A stretch of 64,000 nucleotides of DNA from Paraphysomonas bandaiensis (lineage: Eukaryota; Protista; Chrysophyceae), in contig CBFFRP010000329.1 in assembly GCA_965644295.1 (NCBI GenBank), positions 1-64,000 of the forward strand, in the 5' to 3' direction. Each line of letters starts with the position of its first letter. Position 1 is the stretch's first letter. Below the pieces are notes generated by a model. The model had not been told where the DNA came from, ran no database searches, and saw only the letters and a list, made by a program, of their open reading frames with translations. This document shows, in pieces, positions 36,253 to 49,796 of this stretch. The position numbers and the translations under genes were made by a program.

Positions 36253-36526
36253 TTAAGTTGGATAGGGTGGTAATCGCACACCGAGAGTATTGCATGCAAC
36301 AGTAACTTCAACCTCTTCTGTGTTTTATGTTATAATTCATGGAAGTGGCGAGGGACGGCAGTTTCTTCGTCTAATATTTTAAGTATGGAAGTTTTATATT
36401 GTATGTTTTTCTAAAGTAACTAGATGGCTGCATGAATCACAATTAGTCACAGCTAATAACGCTATGTCGCCCTGTAGTACTAGAATTCAATATCCAACCT
36501 AATCAAAACGGCTCATTACACCCAAT

Positions 36527-36940
36527 ATATATAGTCAGCAGATATAGTTCTGCTCACTCATAGCCAAATGCTTGTGTGGTACAAGGGACGCTAAGTAGTG
36601 CAACCTATGTAGACGTCTTTGGGCCTTGACGAATAAACAATAAACAGGCATCCGTGGGGCCACCTTAAGGGCATTCGGGGTTATGGCTGCCTGCTGAAGT
36701 CAATTATTGGGAATGAGTTCACCTTAAGAACTCAAAACTCCTGAAGTCAGCAGATGTGAAGTATACCAGCATTCTTGTTGCTCACTGCGTTTGCTTTGAG
36801 GGATAGAGCAAGAGTTGTTGCCCCTTGGGTGCTTGCGGTGACGAACAAGCACCTTTGGTAGCGTTGAATAGTAGGATATCAAACTTAAGTGCTGACTCTT
36901 AAACGTCTATTGCTAATAATAAGAATATGACATTCACTAC
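36527..36940 (+). repeat. R1 copy
   Basis: Same conserved blocks; 3' end shared with 15731-15793. Confidence 0.85.
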
Positions 36941-37071
36941 TGTTACGCTGACCTCATTGCTCTGTATATGTAGCTATACGCGAGTATATTTTTTGACAAG
37001 GGTTTAAAAATAAAGCTATCTTATTTAAACAATTTATATTGGCTAGATTTAAAAATATGCTTCATATGGTG

Positions 37072-37857
37072 CAGGGCTAGGAAACAATACATTTCAATAC
37101 TATTGTTAGAGAGCGTTCAATCAATACTATTGTTGGAGATTTTAAACAGGCCCAACAATACAATTACAATATATTGCCAATGTATTGCAATATATTAGTA
37201 TGACTAATCAGTGGGTAAACACATCCGTAGATTCCATTTTTAGTATTAGTCATTAAGATCACATAGACATGACAACTAAACCAACTATTGCTTATAGCTA
37301 ATAAAAATCCACCTCGTCCTCATCCTCTGAGCCATCATCGGTGACGTCAACATTACCGTATTCATTCACAAAATTTATTGAAATGTGTTAGTATTCGGCC
37401 ACAACTGTCGAATCGCTTTCAGAAACAACAGACAGCATATTAAGTAGGATGGATACTTTTGCGAAACACTGATATAATATGTTTAGCTGCGCGAACAGAC
37501 GCTCCCATGTATTGGAAGTACATACCAGGGCCTGGTAACCGTTAATTACTCGTGTACCTGTACGTTTCTTAAGTTTTTGAGCTGACTGAAGATTTTCAGT
37601 CGCATAGTCAACATCAGCTTCATCATCCTCTGTAAGGTTGTAATCAATTTCTCGGTTATTTATATCCATTTTGCACCCTACAGTTGAGAATCTTCTCCTA
37701 TATGACTATCATAATATTGATTGCAATATATTGTGAGATACTTTAACAAAAACAATATTGATGGGATTTTTGGTCGGTCGACCAATAAATATATTTTACA
37801 AATATTGCAATATATTGTACAATGTATTGCAATTCAATATATTGTTTCCTAGCCCTG
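37072..37857. mobile_element. Non-autonomous hAT DNA transposon (786 bp)
   Basis: Perfect 18-bp TIR CAGGGCTAGGAAACAATA; 8-bp TSD ATATGGTG (37064-37071, 37858-37865); subterminal ATATATTGC-like repeats; minus-strand remnant TSNTWERLFAQ like the hAT dimerisation motif. Confidence 0.92.
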
Positions 37858-37944
37858 ATATGGTGCAGCCATATAAGCGATACGACACGCGCCAGTGAGT
37901 CCTCAGACACACGAGCAGGGCGAAACTCACAAACAACATTAAGA

Positions 37945-38130
37945 ACGGAAGTGGTTGCACCTTGGTGCTTGCGGCGACGCACAAGCAGCTTCTGTAGCGC
38001 TAAATAGTAGGATAATAGAATTTGTGCTGATTAGTTATGGGTAGAGGTCTAACTAGTAGATCTAGTATTCAACTAGCCACTATATCGGAACGAGTTTTTA
38101 ACGCCTATTGCTAAATAAAAAGACCTTCAA
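37945..38130 (+). repeat. R1 3'-module copy
   Basis: Near-identical reverse complement of 15362-15543. Confidence 0.85.
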
Positions 38131-38411
38131 TATACGACATGTCTCACAAAATCTAGAGATTATAAGTCGGTTTGATGAACAATGATGCTCAACCTCATAC
38201 AGAGTAGTGTAATGATATATTAGGCGACGTAAGATATCAAGAGCCACGAAGAGCACAGTGAAATGATAAAAAAAATAGCACAATTATATCGACGACATAC
38301 CGATACTCGTGATGGAAATTATCAACTGTCACAATATAATTCACACAATACTTTTCTAAAACAATATATATGTACTACAATGTTGAATCAAAATCATTGC
38401 CTACTATATTT

Positions 38412-39319
38412 CTAATCTGCTGACTCCGATGTACTTGCACTCCTACTACGCCCCTTTTCACTGCCTTCTCTTTCACTCTTCTTAGACTTCTTCTTTTTCG
38501 ACTTCTACAACACGTAATTTCTCCAATAAGGTAAAAGCTTAAGGTGCAACAACACAAGGTTGGCATTGCACCCAAGTGAATAGTGGCAAATAGCACAGTA
38601 CACGATATTGTTGGGGAGGGCACACGCTATAAACGAACTTCAATTCCTACCTTGTGTTTTTTTTTATCTTTCTTACTTTTCTTGTCTTTCTTATTCCTTT
38701 TCTTTTTATGCTCTGAGGAGCTCTCGTCGCTGCTGCTATCATCAGAGTCGCTATACAACTGCCGCTTCCTCGCTTGCGCGTTGCTCTGTTCATGGGTACA
38801 AATTATAAAGAATGACTGACGAAAAACATTGAGGACTATAAACACGAAGACAACATGTACATGTTAAATGTTACAATGGCGCAACCTGTGCGAGTTTCCT
38901 CTCTCGCTCTGCATCTAGCTCTGCTCTGTATTCACTCATTCGCCTCATTTCCGCACCAGCCATATCCAATTTGTCTTCATTATCTTTCTTATACTGTTCC
39001 CAGGAGGGCCGATTGGGGTCTATTAATGATATCAATGCAACATCATCATCAGACAGCCCGCAGATCTACCTGCAATCTTTTCAGCTAAAGTGCGCGCTTC
39101 ACGACCAGTCGCCATGCGCTGAAACGCATCAAATGTTGAACTCGCAGATAACTGTGTAGTGACTGTATGAGTGCTCTGTGTCTGTGCAGTGGTCTTATAG
39201 GCCTTCTCCCTCTCATGTCGCTTATCATCCATACGCCTATCAAGAACTGCATTGTAATTCACACCACACCCGCCCTTCTTAAACCCATCATCTCGATCAT
39301 CTTTCCTTGACTTCTTCAT
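38412..39319 (-). CDS. FAM133-like Lys/Ser-rich nuclear protein, multi-exon
   Basis: DPNRPSWEQYKK...EYRAELDAERERKL followed by SD-rich and K-rich tracts. Confidence 0.7.
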
Positions 39320-39911
39320 TCTATTATTGTTCTTATTACGATCAATTGAACTGCAGAGGGTGCAGTGCATGCATGAGGCGTGCTGTTGAGTGCACAGCAG
39401 ACTCGACTATTGAGCTTCACGTACAGCAGTACACAGCCGTTTATGCAGAAATATGTCACTTTTATGCCCTGTGGGTTCAAATATTGGGAGTTTTTAGTAT
39501 TTCCTGGTCCGAATAGTGAGGAAATAGAGAATTTCGAGAAACCTTCTTCGCAAATTACAAATAGTGGATAGTGCGTGTTCTAAAAATCAAGGTTATTAAT
39601 AGTAAATTTAGGGTTTTAAAACTACGAAAAGTTATGTGAATATTTTATATGTGAGGACATACTGCTGTATACCTACCATATACAGTCCGTATATTTAGTC
39701 CCCTTCTGTACACCAACTGCACTGTAGTTGGGTGTATTCCGCTGTATACATCAGTTTAAGGCTATGGCTGGAACAGCACACACACATACATACATACATA
39801 CATAACACACAGAGACACACAGAGACGCAGAGACGCAGAGAGGCGACTGCTCTCTTATCCACACTCTCCACTCAACACCAAACATCCCAATCCCTGTGCC
39901 TGTATGGTCCT

Positions 39912-41288
39912 ATGAGCATCAGTCGCATGAGACGGTGTACATCATCATCAGCAGTGTCATTATTAGGGAGTCGTCGGCTCTCATCTCACACTCCCATCGA
40001 CCCCACCAGAGACACAGACACAGACAGAGACACAGACAGAGACAGGGACACAGACAGGGACAGAGACACAGACAGAGACAGAGACAGGGACAGGGACAGG
40101 GTCAGCTCATTCAGCATAGCTCCTATGATGGACTATACGAACAAACATCAGCGCTCTCTCATGAGACTCATCACTAAACGATCTGTGCTGTACACTGAGA
40201 TGGTTGTGTGCAATGCTCTCATTCGACGAGACGACAAAGAAAGGAGTCTTCACGCTGATTTTGATGTGGAGGATCCCCTCGTGCTGCAGTTGGGAGGATC
40301 AGACCCGAAGCAGATGGAAGAAGCATCCAAGATTGCTTTTGATTATGGCTATCGTGCGTTCAATATCAATGTTGGGTGTCCGAGTCAAAAAGTTTCAGGT
40401 ACAACTATCATCATACACTGTTCTCTGTACATACTGTAATGAATGGTATATATTAGGTGCAGGGTGCTTTGGTGCTGTACTTATGAAGGATCCACACCTC
40501 GTCTCTGACCTCTGCCAGGCTATCAGCAATACAACAGGGTGTTCACCTAGTGTTAAGTGTCGAATTGGTATTGATAATGACGATCAGTATGAATATGTTG
40601 CCTCGTTTGTAGATACTGTGATGCGAAATGGAAGTGTAAATGAGTTCATCATTCATGCCAGAAAGGCGATTTTAGGCGTGAAAATGACTCCTGCTGACAA
40701 CCGCAAAATTCCGCCACTAAAATATGACTACGTCTACCGCTTAGTAAAAGACTTTCCTACAGCTGAATTCACTATCAATGGTGGAATTACTAGTTATGAT
40801 GAGATGTCAGATCATATTAAGAGTGGTGTGCATGGCGTAATGGTGGGTCGTGGTGTCGTAGCATCACCGTACTACTACAGGCATGTAGACAGCTGGTTGG
40901 ATGGCAACGTCATTAATTTTGAAAATGGAGAGGTAGAGAAGAATACTAAAGGCGAAGGTCAGTGCCATATCGTTGCGTCAGTGGATGTGTATATTGTAGC
41001 GCTACGTTTATATATGTCAAGTGAAACTAATATAATTGAATAGGTTTTACTCGACGACAGATAGTTGATGCATATGCTGAATATGCAGATAGATCAGAGA
41101 AGTCTGGAGAGGTTTGTAATAGAGCTTTATTGCTGAAGCCACTGCATAATTTATTCAATGGTGCGAAGAATGCTAGGGTGTATAGGCGTATGCTTTCAGA
41201 GTATACGATAGATAGAACGCTATGTGTCAAAGACGTCATACTTAAATCATGTTCTGTTATTTCAGATGACGATATGGATTACTATTAA
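39912..41288 (+). CDS. dusA: tRNA-dihydrouridine synthase, DusA type, probably organelle-targeted, 3 exons
   Basis: FSIAPMMDYT, LYTEMV, LQLGGSDP, NINVGCPS, VKCRIGID, IIHARKA, NRKIPPLKY, INGGI, GVMVGR. Confidence 0.92.
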
Positions 41289-42394
41289 TATATAGAATTT
41301 GCTTGTAATTCATTCAGACCGTGTTGCTGTTTATACTTTCTAACGACTTCAGGTGTTAATTGTCTACCTTGCTCCTTACGCTTATATATTTCAGAAACTG
41401 AATTTAAATGCCGCATACTGTTCATTGTTTAAGATGATTCCTTTTGGGCACAAATAAAGTATCACCAACATAATTTTAGCTTTCTTTTATACTAACCACT
41501 AATAAACATCTGTATCTTGAAACGTCACGATACTTCAGTTTAACAGTTCTATAACTGTTTTTCATATATTGAACATATATTACATTCTACAGTTCTATCT
41601 CGGAAACATATGTACTCCAACAATCTTACAAACCCTAATTATTAATTTTATTCTACAATTTTTGCAACAATTTTATAATATATATTAAGAGAAATTGGTT
41701 ATGCTCTATTGTACTGAACAAAATTATGACGTGATATATATTATTACATAACACATCTGAAATAGACGAGTGATCATCACATCGATCATCACACAAAATC
41801 GAAGTGATGATAGTATTGAACAATGGGCAATTGCAATTGTACTTACGCAGGCACACCTGTCTACAAGTAAAACGTGATATCCTTTTTAGCTTCTGGGGTT
41901 GATTAAAGATGTGGCATGTATACATGTGAACCTGCATTCCTATTATCCAAATATGTAATTCTCTAACTCCTTGCAGTGTTGCTCCGAATTTCAGTGAGTG
42001 CCTCGGCGTCTCGCTGAGTGAGCTTCATTTCCGTCGTGTACCAAGAGATAGCAGCCTTGTTGATTTCGCCAGTAGATTTTAAAACAAGTCGATAAAAATT
42101 TGATGGTTATTGCTTATTGCACAGTACAGACGTATGAAAGAGTGAAACTAGAATGAAATAAAGCTGGGATGCTGGGAAGATAGTATGAATAGGAGTTACT
42201 GAATAAGGATCCTTAGATGTGCATAAACAACTGAAGATTACCTAGCTATGTCTTCAAGACCTATTGAATAAGAGTAGCGTACACAAAGCGAATATGCTAC
42301 TCAAAAACCAAAATTGGAGTTTCATTAGTAACTCTTAAAAATGTATCCAGAAATCACAGAAGGAGGACGTTTCTAAATTCTCGTTTCTAGATAG

Positions 42395-45183
42395 CTACTC
42401 ATACTTATTGGCATACCGCGCCAAGGCCCATATAGGAAACACGTTGCGATAAGCAGTGTAGGTGATTCCACAGGATCTGTTGAAAACACCCGTTATCCCT
42501 TCCTGAGCCCAGTCACCAGATGGAAGCTGCACATAAAATATTAGTGAAGACTTTCTTGTAAAAAGTACACCGATAAGCTTGCAAAATAAGCATGTGACTC
42601 GGAGACAACAACGTCATATGTAACGTATATATATACTACGTAATGAATCACCTGTTTGGCGCGCAAATAATTGATGCCCCTATCAATAGCAGCCTTGTTA
42701 TCACATTCCCCTGCCAGCAGTGCTAGCAGCGCCCACGCCGTCTGGACAACCCCACTGTTGTCCTCCCCATAGGTACCAGTACCATCATATGGGTAGGCCT
42801 TGTCCACACAGGCAACGTAACTCTCGCCCCAACCGCCATTAGGGTTTTGTTTCGAGAGAATGAACCGGATCGCCCTACCAATGTGCGGAGAGTCCAACGG
42901 TTCGCCAGCAGACACTAGACCCTCAATGCCAAACCAAGTGCCGTATGTAAAACACACACCCCACGACCCATACCACGATCCATCCCCACGCTGGATAGAC
43001 TTTAAAAATCTTCTTCCTGCCTGAATGGCATTCATTACCTCCGCCGCTCGGTGACTAGGATGATTCTTGTGGAATGATCGCAGAGCTGTAATACAGGCTG
43101 AAGTGCACTCCACATAGCTGTAATCAATCATAATATCTCCGAAAACCTCACTCGGATTCAACATCTCGTACCAACGATACCCACGGTTATTTTCGTACGT
43201 TGCCCATCCTCCATCCGCATTGTGCAGTTCCAAAATGACATTCACAGCATCGAACAAGCGGTCTCTAGGAATTCTCTCTTCCTCTGTCAGCAGACCACCA
43301 ATCGTAGAATTGTGGATTGCGAGAACACCTTTAAGGCCTTCTGCAGTACAATCCGAAATGGGCCACCCGTGGGCAGCGGTCGAAAACGGCCAACCACCTT
43401 TCGACTTTTGACGAAACCACTTTTCGCGATCCACTTCATCGTCAGCAATCTGGGTACGCTTTAGATAGGAGTATATTTTTTTGGAGCACTGAGGAAACAT
43501 GTCCGTAAACCCACCCTCGACGATGGCTTGGATACAAAAAGAAGTGTCCCAGCACTGGGATCCGTTATAGCCCTGCATCTTCATACCATCTTCTGCAACC
43601 CACAGATAATCATCAATTCGAAGTAGGTGTCTCTGGAAATTCTCGCAGGTAATATCATGACCTTCGTGCACATATGTACAAAGCATATTTAAGCTCTTGT
43701 TGACGGGACCAATATCTACGAAGTTGGTTTGAATGTCTTCTGCATGCATATACTCGGCAACATATTGCAGCGCCTGCCCACGGAGCTTAACCAGAAACGG
43801 TACATGGGGAAGAATTCGCTCATATATTGACAAAACGTCCTGGGCAATTTTCATGACGGGATTCAAAGGACTGTACGCGTCGATCTCAGCACACGTCTGA
43901 CGATAATTGTCCTGTATACATTTCACAATTAGGGATTATATTCCACACATATAAGCTATGCAGAAGGGCTACTTGTAGATAGATTAAAAAAAGGACTGCT
44001 ACGTACCCAGTTCAGTGTATCGTAGTCAAACCCTTCAGGATACAACTCACGACGGAGCGCAGATAGAGTCTCGTCGCCAGCGACATCAGGAGTAAACCTG
44101 GCACCATACAAGTAGCACATAGGAAGATAAACCATTCTCGCATGACACCACATTTTCCCAGGGTGAAGAGGCATCCAACGAGGCAAAAACCACATCTCTG
44201 GTGGAACCGAATTTATCCCATCCCAGTGATAAACTCCAATCATGGCCAGAAAGAACTTCGCCCAAGATGGGGCGTACAACGCCCCTCCGTGCTTAAGGAT
44301 AAACTCCCGGCCTGCAAGCATATACTGCTCCGAGGGATCCACACCGAGAAGTCTCAGAGTTGTATAACTTAGCACCGAGCCGAACATTGTTGAGGCACAC
44401 TCAATGTGTGTTCCCCATCCACCATCAGCCTGTTGGTGATTCTTTAGGTATGCGATCATTGCATCTTTGCGAGCTTGAGGGAACGGAGCCTTGGTAACAT
44501 AAAGAGTGCACACCAAACCGGGCATGAGGAACATTGGGCCACCATAATCTCCAGCCCAATGTCCATCATCACACTGAATCATCTGATAAAACGAAAGGCC
44601 TTTGATCGCAGTGTCTCGGGCAGTAGCTGGCGTCTCTTCTGTTGGCATCGATCCTCGCCTATAGCATATCATGAGAGGGTATAAAGGAGAACATACGCAC
44701 GACAGTCCTCACCACTTGCTGAGCATAATATCTCTAAATATCTTATCCGATGCATTGGGGTTCACAGAGGGATTAAACACATGCTCCTGCTGGAACTCCT
44801 GGTCCTCTCCTTCCCCCTCCTCGTCCTCCTCCAGGTACCATATCTGTCTCCCGGCTGATTCTCCAGTTAGAGTAATACCCTCTGAGCCGTAACTGCTGCT
44901 GCTCCTTTCTGTTATCTCATGAGATTTTTTGTCCTCTGCAAATCTCCAGTTTCCCTTTAAACGAGTCTCGCGGTTCCTCCACTCTCCTCGACGAAGCAAT
45001 GGCTTCTTCCTGGGACCTTCAGGGGTATGTTAGATTATCATATAAGGGGTGACGGTGCGTACCTCCCGGGTATGAGCAGGGCTGACCGCATATTATGTTA
45101 GTGAATATATAACCCAACACAGCCCATACAGCAGACACCACTGCAGGGATATAGGCGACTATGCGTGCGATAGAACCGGACAT
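42395..45183 (-). CDS. CAS1: Oxidosqualene cyclase with the cycloartenol synthase signature, multi-exon
   Basis: SDCTAEG; QW repeats; MQGYNGSQ (Tyr) and HGWPISDC (His/Ile) typical of cycloartenol synthases; start ATG 45183 inferred by splicing. Confidence 0.95.
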
Positions 45184-45755
45184 GGTGATAGGGGATACTG
45201 TTAGTGCCTGCCTACTATATGACTATGTTAGAGCAGGGGGTAGAGGGCCCACTCGATGTGATGGATCTGATCTAGCTATGGAAACACTGTACTGGCTCAT
45301 GCACATGGATGTATGTATGTATGTGTGTGTGTGTGTGTGTGTGTATGCACGGACACCCCCCACCACATCCTACAGACAGAAGAGGTTGACGTATACCTAC
45401 AGCTGTATACCGTATACAGTACTGTATACTGACTTCTAGATCACTCACTTTGGAATACGGAATATACATACTGTATACTTGTGTAATGTAAATACAGCAT
45501 ATACGGCAGTATATACAGTAGAATACCAATGTACCTGACGATTGTTCTTGGACGAGTGTACAGGTACACTATATATATACACAGAGAGGAGTGTATGTGT
45601 ACCTATAAAGACGAGTGTACTGTTGTAGTTGTACTGCAGCTGCACATGGATTGGTGCTATTGAGGCCATCTATTGCTGTAGCTATGCATGCACACTCCGG
45701 ACAACCAACAACAACCTTGTCACATCATAACCACACTCGTTTCAAGACCACAACA

Positions 45756-47891
45756 ATGAGCGACGACTCTGATTCTGATTCTGATTATTCCCCAGAGGCT
45801 GATGCTGAGGAAGAGCAGCAACAAGTACGTGCAATAGTATAGTGCAAGTGTGATATGCTACAGTTATATGATTACAGTATAGTGCAAGTGTGATATGCTA
45901 CAGTTATATGATTACAGTATAGTGCAAGTGTGATATGCTACAGTTATATGATTATAGTATAGTGCAAGTGTGATATGCTACAGTTATATGATTATAGTAT
46001 AGTGCAAGTGTGATATGCTACAGTTATATGATTATAGTATAGTGCAAGTGTGATATGCTACAGTTATATGATTATAGTATAGTGCAAGTGTGATATGCTA
46101 CAGTTATATGATTATAGTATAGTGCAAGTGTGATATGCTACAGTTATATGATTATAGTATAGTGCAAGTGTGATATGCTACAGTTATATGATTATAGTAT
46201 AGTGCAAGTGTGATATGCTACAGTTATATGATTATAGTATAGTGCAAGTGTGATATGCTACAGTTATATGATTATAGTATAGTGCAAGTGTGATATGCTA
46301 CAGTTATATGATTATAGTATAGTGCAAGTGTGATATGCTACAGTTATATGATTATAGTATAGTGCAAGTGTGATATGCTACAGTTATATGATTATAGTAT
46401 AGTGCAAGTGTGATATGCTACAGTTATATGATTATAGTATAGTGCAAGTGTGATATGCTACAGTTATATGATTATAGTATAGTGCAAGTGTGATATGCTA
46501 CAGTTATATGATTATAGTATAGTGCAAGTGTGATATGCTACAGTTATATGATTATAGTATAGTGCAAGTGTGATATGCTACAGTTATATGATTATAGTAT
46601 AGTTGTCACACGAAAATATGTTTTTATTTTTGTTGTGTTTGTAAAATAGGACTCATCCAAAGCCCTCTCGGGATTGACCTTCTCTCGAAAACGAAAGGCT
46701 GAAGAGGCTTGGGCCAGTATGGTGGAAGAAGATAATGCAGCTGTTAGGGATAGAATGGACAAATGCTTACGGCCTACTAACATTAACCGAGGCAAGAAAT
46801 CCAAGAGAAAAAGGAGAAAGATTCAAAATGTAGGCACAACTAAAGTCCAATGAACCCATTGCGGTTTAATATTTTGTGTAGCTAATGAGTCAAATATTTG
46901 GGTCTGGCATAAAGATGTCTACTGAAAGGTCTGAACTAGAATACCTACAAGATGTGTATGCTGATATTTCTACGATATATAGCACAGAGAAGATGCAAAG
47001 TTCATCTGAAAGGGATGGCAAAAGCGATGTGGGAGGTGGTATAGCATTGTTAGAGTAGTTGTATTCTAATATATATCGTTATTTCAGTCGATCAGGCGAG
47101 ATCCATCGTACAGAAGCTTCAACGAAACACGAAAGTTGTTGAAACGAAGAAGTTTGCAGGACAATCTATCCAGTAAGTATTCTTGATATAAAATCATATC
47201 AGTGTTATCAATGTCTGCTATGCTAATGTGAGTTTGCGTGTCTTCCAGAATTGAGAGAACGGTGAAAGTTGGCGAATCAAAGCCCGTCCCTACACCCAGT
47301 GAACCGTCGTCTTCTCTTGATAAGGTAGAGAATCCATTTGGACATTTTGATTTTATCATTTCGTATCTTAACACACTGCCTTACCGGTGAACTCCTTGCA
47401 TAGCATTCAATCTACTGATGCCTCTTTCGTATTTGTTTATATCCTATGCTGATCACTACTGAACTATCAGGTTATTGGTGAGCTCAAAGGCCCTCAAGTA
47501 GTTTCTACAGTGACCAAATCGTCCATGGACTGGGATGGGTACAAGGACAAGGAGGGACTTGAAGAGGATCTTGCACAAGCATCTAAAGAGGGGTAAGTTG
47601 ACTTTAATGTGCTCAGAATGACCTCTCTTCAGTATTCGCTTTGGGTAATTTTGTTATTGGTGTATTAATATGACGATGGTGTTGTGTAGTCGAAGCTTAA
47701 TGTTGTATTGTTTATGTTGACCTCTGTTTTGGCGACACTACATAGCCGTAGTGTGACATTAACTCTTATGTCATAATGATCAATTCCTGAGCAGATATCT
47801 TACGAGAAAAGATTTCCTCGAACGTTGTGATGTGCGCGAATTTGAGAAAGAGAGGGACCAGAGACTCTTGAATGCCTCGAAAAAGAAGTAA
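45756..47891 (+). CDS. CFDP1: CFDP1/BCNT (Swc5) family protein, multi-exon
   Basis: Acidic N-term SDSDYSPE; BCNT-C STVTKSSMDWDGYKDKEGLEEDL...GYLTRKDFLERCDVREFEKERD. Confidence 0.9.
45835..46603. repeat. Minisatellite, 19 x 40 bp, in CFDP1 intron 1
   Basis: Unit AGTGCAAGTGTGATATGCTACAGTTATATGATTATAGTAT at exact 40-bp spacing from 45841 to 46561. Confidence 0.98.
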
Positions 47892-48706
47892 AAAAGAGAT
47901 ACTGTATTCCTGTTTTAAGTTGTAGATTATTTTGTAAGTGATTGATAGTGGAAGTTATGTACTTCTGATAGTCATGTATAAATAATACTAGTAGTATAAT
48001 TTTACTCGGATATTATGATACTGCGATGTCTTGTCATATCTCATTGAATCCATAGATTTTACCCACGATCCTAATCTTGTCTATTAATTGACACTGGTTG
48101 TAGTCAATTGTCTCTGGAAGCCATGTCCATCAAACAATATAATATTGAATATCGACCTATTTACCAAGAGATTCGCTCCTCTTGCAACTCCTTTGGTTTG
48201 TAGTTCATGAAATAGTATTTGCAATGAATGCCTATCTGACTACATAGCTATAAGCTACAAGCAGCTTCTCAATTAAAGAAATTGAATGTTGTTATCATCA
48301 ATTTATAATTGTTACCTACATTTCTCCCGCTCTAAGGAAAGCCGTTCATCCAAAATTATTCTTTATCTTGCCGATACTTAAAAATTGCTAGTATATGTAC
48401 TTACGACAGTGAAGGCTTTGGGTACCACCACAGATATCAAAAACGCGTGGGAAGTTTTATTGTAAATGGTTATTGTTATCAAAGCATAAAACGGCTCCAT
48501 ACTGTGGGATTATCTTAATTATAAATATAGATCCTCGATGCGATGAAGGTTATTCGAAGTAAACAGTACGTTGCAACCAAACTGACGGTGAGGCAAAGTA
48601 TGCAACTATAATTCTCAATATCTTTTCACATGATAAATGTCATTGTACATGACGGACTATCGGTTTGGTAGGCAAATATATAACTTTTCTTGCTGCAACC
48701 GCACTA

Positions 48707-49796
48707 TTACACCTTAGGCTTAGCAACCGCAAAGATGATACCAATTATCACACCAAGAACAACAATGCAAATACCGACCAAGCAGCATTGCCTTCCACGA
48801 ATGGCTTTTTGATATTCGATGGCTTGTGTCATATCTACATTAGCCTCCTGTATATAGTCGGCGGCAGACTTAACTTGGAACTCAATTTGGTCCAATAACT
48901 CTCCTTGCTGCTCTGTTAGCACGGCGAAGTCCAGAAACATTTGGTGAAGCTCAGCCACTGACGCCTCCAAAGCCAACACATCCTGGTATTTGTCCGCCAC
49001 ATTCATATAAGCGTTGCGAATTGGATCCGCGGCATCACCCTAAAATCCATCGCAATATATCATCCATACAGTACAAATAAATATAACATGGACACTACTG
49101 TGAATTATAGACATGTGCCAAATGTGTGAATGGGGTTGTGTTGAGCCATTCAACTCACGTTTAAAATCGCATTACGAAGGACCCCTCCAGATCCCCCACC
49201 CGACTTCAATACAGCATCTATCTCTTCAGTTGTGGCATCAGGCTTTACAATATGAACTTGTCGCTTCACTTTCTTCCGGATGTCCGTTTTATATTTTTGC
49301 TGCGCATTCTGGTATTCTTTCATCACATCAACGAACTTTCTAGTTAGAGTGTTAACTAAATTTTCTCGAATTCTCAGCTCTGACATCTTAGGGTTGCTAT
49401 CTTTAAGTGAGTTTGTCTCCTCTCCCAATCTGTATCGAAAACACAGTGAAGACATTCAACTGTAATACTGAAAGTAAACCTTTGGAGTATCTGTTTACTC
49501 AGTGCAGCCCTTTTATTTGTCTCAGCTAAGAGTGGAGTCAATTCTGCGCTCAATTCACTTTCTTTCTCAGATGTTGTGGCGAGAATAACATCTTGATTGA
49601 TTTGCGCGATACGTTTCGTTGCAACACGAATAGACATAATGTTCTGCTTCACTAACTCTACACCACTAAAAAAATCCTGCATGAAATTAGACTCTTTTGG
49701 AATCAAAGAATCGGTTCCTGTGGGAGTCATGTCGATCCCGACGTTCTCTGGTGATGCTGCTGCACCTTTCTTGAGCTCAGTGAGTCGATCGTTCAT
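48707..49796 (-). CDS. Syntaxin (Qa-SNARE, syntaxin-1/SYP1-like), 3 exons
   Basis: MNDRLTEL N-peptide; Habc domain; ELHQMFLDFAVLTEQQGELLDQIE; C-terminal TM. Confidence 0.95.

Noticed and set aside
45835-46603. CRISPR-like array
   Set aside because: Head-to-tail identical units with no spacers, in a eukaryotic intron, with no cas genes
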